From Macrostomum lignano (lineage: Eukaryota), in the NCBI GenBank assembly GCA_002269645.1, contig NIVC01000736.1:346521-410520 (forward strand): a stretch of 64,000 bases of DNA, read 5' to 3'. Position 1 is the first letter of the stretch; every line of letters starts with the position of its first letter. The notes beneath the pieces were generated by a model. That model was not told the origin of the DNA. It searched no databases and was given only the letters and a program-made list of their open reading frames with translations. Below, one piece after another: positions 61,318 to 64,000 of this stretch. A program made the translations under genes and the position numbers.

Positions 61318-62470
61318 AGCACCGGGGAAGCAGAGGTCAGTGAAGCACCGGGAATCAGAGGCCAGTGAAGCACCGGGGAATCAGAGACCAGTGAAGCACC
61401 GGGAAGCCGAGACCAACTTGAAGCACCGGGGAGGCAGAGGCCATTGAAGCACCGGGGAATCAGAGACCAGTGAAGCACCGGGGAAGCAGAGACCAACTTG
61501 AAGCACCGGGGAAGCAGAGACCAACTTGAAGCACCGGGGAAGCAGAGACCAACTTGAAGCACCGGGGAAGCAGAGACCAACTTAAAGCACCGGGGAAGCA
61601 GAGACCAGTGAAGCACCAGGGAAGCAGAGACCAACTTGAAGCACCGGGGAAGCAGAGACCAACTTGAAGCACCGGGGAAGCAGAGACCAACTTGAAGCAC
61701 CGGGAAGCCGAGACCAACCTAAAGCACCGGGGAAGCAGAGACCAACTTGAAGCACCGGGAAGCAGAGACCAACTTGAAGCACCGGGGAAGCAGAGACCAA
61801 CTTAAGCACCGGGGAAGCAGAGACCAGTGAAGCACCGGGGAAGCAGAGACCAACTTGAAGCACCGGGAAGCAGAGACCAACTTAAAGCACCGGGAAGCAG
61901 AGACCAGTGAAGCACCAGGGAAGCAGAGACCAACTTGAAGCATCGGGGAAGCAGAGACCAACTTAAAGCACCGGGGAAGCAGAGACCAGTGAAGCACCAG
62001 GGAAGCAGAGACCAACTTGAAGCACCGGGGAAGCAGAGACCAACTTGAAGCACCGGGGAAGCAGAGACCAACTTGAAGCACCGGGGAAGCAGAGACCAAC
62101 TTGAAGCACCAGGGAAGCAGAGACCAACTTAAAGCACCGGGGAAGCAGAGACCAACTTGAAGCACCGGGGAAGCAGAGACCAACTTGAAGCACCGGGAAG
62201 CCGAGACGAACTTGAAGCACTGGGAAAGCAGAGGCAAGTGAAGCACCAGGGAAGCAGAGACCAGTGAAGCACCGGGAAAGCTAAAGCAGAGGTCAGTGAA
62301 GCACCGGGAAAGCTAAAGCAGTGGTCAGTGAAGCACGCGCGAAGCTAAAGCAGAGTTCAGTGAAGCACCGGGAAAGCTAAAGCAGAGGGTGAAGCACCGA
62401 GGAGGCAGAGGCCATCAGTGAAGGGCCGGGAAGCGAAAGCAGCAGCAGAGGTGAGCGGTCCAGAGTGAAG
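61318..62470. repeat. ~27-28-bp minisatellite GAAGCACCGGGGAAGCAGAGACCAACTT
   Basis: Tandem array lying between a strong minus-strand donor (AAG|GTAAGC at 62638) and the prominin acceptor, so probably intronic. Confidence 0.95.
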
Positions 62471-64000
62471 GACAGGGGAATCAGCGGCTACAGCGAAGTT
62501 TGGGGAAGCTAAAGCCAAGGAGAGCCAGTGAATAGTCATTCTCACACGGCCAATCTTGCACAAAGGCGAAAGGCGGCAGATATAACTAACTACTAAGAAA
62601 TTCAAAGGTCCCAAGCATGGCAAATGGCAAACGCTTACCTTCTTTAACTTGCAGACTGCGGGTACAAAATGCTGATGAATTCTATCAAAGTTGAAGGAGT
62701 TTTGCTTTTTTCAATGCCAAATGACGTGCTGAACAGAAACACAGCAGTAGCTGAAAACTTGGGTAGATATGAGCCAGGCAGGCCGGCAGCAGCTGAGTCA
62801 CACGCGGAACACGCCACACGCTTGCTTCGTGACAAACCAAGCCCAGGGGAGTCGGGACCTCAGTCAGTGTTCCAAACACACGGTTTCGCTTTAGTTTCAA
62901 TGAATTCGTGCGGGTTTAGGTAGGCCTTTAAGAATTTAAATCGGCATATCGCCGGCCCCCACATTAAAGATAGGGGGAGAGAAAGGAAAGGAGGACATTG
63001 GGGGGTTGCGTGTGCATTGCGTACAGACTGGAGCTGACTTGAAAAGGGCCCATAATACATTGACCAGATTGGCAATTAGGCGCGGGAGGGGGGCGGGCTC
63101 TGTCCAATCGGTGGCGACTGTTGATTTTGTGAGCGAAAAGGAAGGGGGTCGGGGCGTTCATTTGTGGGGGCGATGGACGCGGCGGGCTTTTGGTTTGTGG
63201 GTGAAGGGCTGGCCCGTCAGATAACACGCACAGGCCTTGTCTTCCCTTGCTTAAGAGCGAATTTGACAAGGCCCAGTCCGGGGGTCCAACCAGTAAGCCA
63301 AAGTAGGGCCAAATTGCGCACCCAGCCAGCAGCTCCGCACACTGGAAGGCGCTGCTCTTAATCTTATTTAGGCCTTATCGATAAGAAAAGCGGCGGTCGG
63401 TTAGATTGCAGTCAACAACACAACAAGACAGAAAAAACGCGCCAGTTTGAATTTGAACTGAATTTCGGACTAGCGATACAAGCAATTTTTTAACGCTGTT
63501 AACTTAAAAGCTCTCAGTACACAGCCTAGCCTACTCTCAGTTAAAAATTAAAATGGCAAGACTTGACATGAAGTTCATGAATTCAGAACAATCCCGAATG
63601 AATTGTGATTTTTAAAAAATGTGAAGCTTGAGCGAATAAAACAATTGAAGCAGCGCAAAAGCTCCACTTTCAGGTCATGCTAGTTGCTTCCAGAAATAAA
63701 TAAGTCAGTCAATTGCAGAAATGCATCAGTAACAGTATGTGTGCGTGTTGTTCAGCAGTAAAAAAGCGCTGCAAAGCTGTTCTGTGAATCGTGTATAATT
63801 CAAGCCCCCAATCCGGCGCTGCTTGTTCTCCAGAAGCAGCTAAGCAATAATAAATTTAGAAAATGTCGCGGAAATGCACAGCATGCAGCCATGATCGGAG
63901 TCACATGAGCCTTTTACCCAAACCAAATTTACCAAGGCATTTTGGCCATCGAAAGGGACAGTAAGTACAGGGGCTCCATCGTGTGGGCCGGGATCAGCTG

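Noticed and set aside
61308-62246. Repetitive hydrophobic ORFs
   Set aside because: Translation of the 27-28-bp minisatellite; no unique coding flanks.
27750-62690. Hammerhead ribozymes at scattered CTGATGA motifs (~27758, 29191, 39197, 62672)
   Set aside because: I could not find a GAAA core with the required flanking stems by eye; a covariance-model search would be needed.

Overview
Eukaryotic (animal) genomic DNA with GC-rich exons, poly-CAG tracts and minisatellite-filled introns. The style resembles the flatworm Macrostomum, but that is an inference. Three zones. (1) 1-18 kb: four conserved housekeeping genes in two convergent pairs, HINFP and SCFD2 on +, a GABP-beta-like ankyrin gene and GTPBP6 on -. 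Nearly every intron and intergenic gap holds its own tandem repeat. GTPBP6 has no in-frame ATG in its first recognisable exon. An in-frame 3' splice acceptor there would give a convincing mitochondrial presequence if an AUG-ending flatworm spliced leader were trans-spliced on. (2) 18-45 kb: a transposon-rich cluster of SID-1/SIDT-family genes (two near-complete paralogues with two extra hydrophobic helices and one rearranged pseudogene), two decayed Gypsy elements, two LINEs with microsatellite tails, CORE-SINEs and MITEs. (3) 45-64 kb: an orphan single-TM ORF, an intron-containing L-rhamnonate dehydratase of microbial type, a nicotinic acetylcholine receptor alpha subunit and a prominin-like gene. 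Several genes in the right half carry single-base frameshifts, mostly in or beside homopolymer runs, probably assembly errors. All homology calls come from recognising motifs by eye; no searches were run, and repeat boundaries are approximate.
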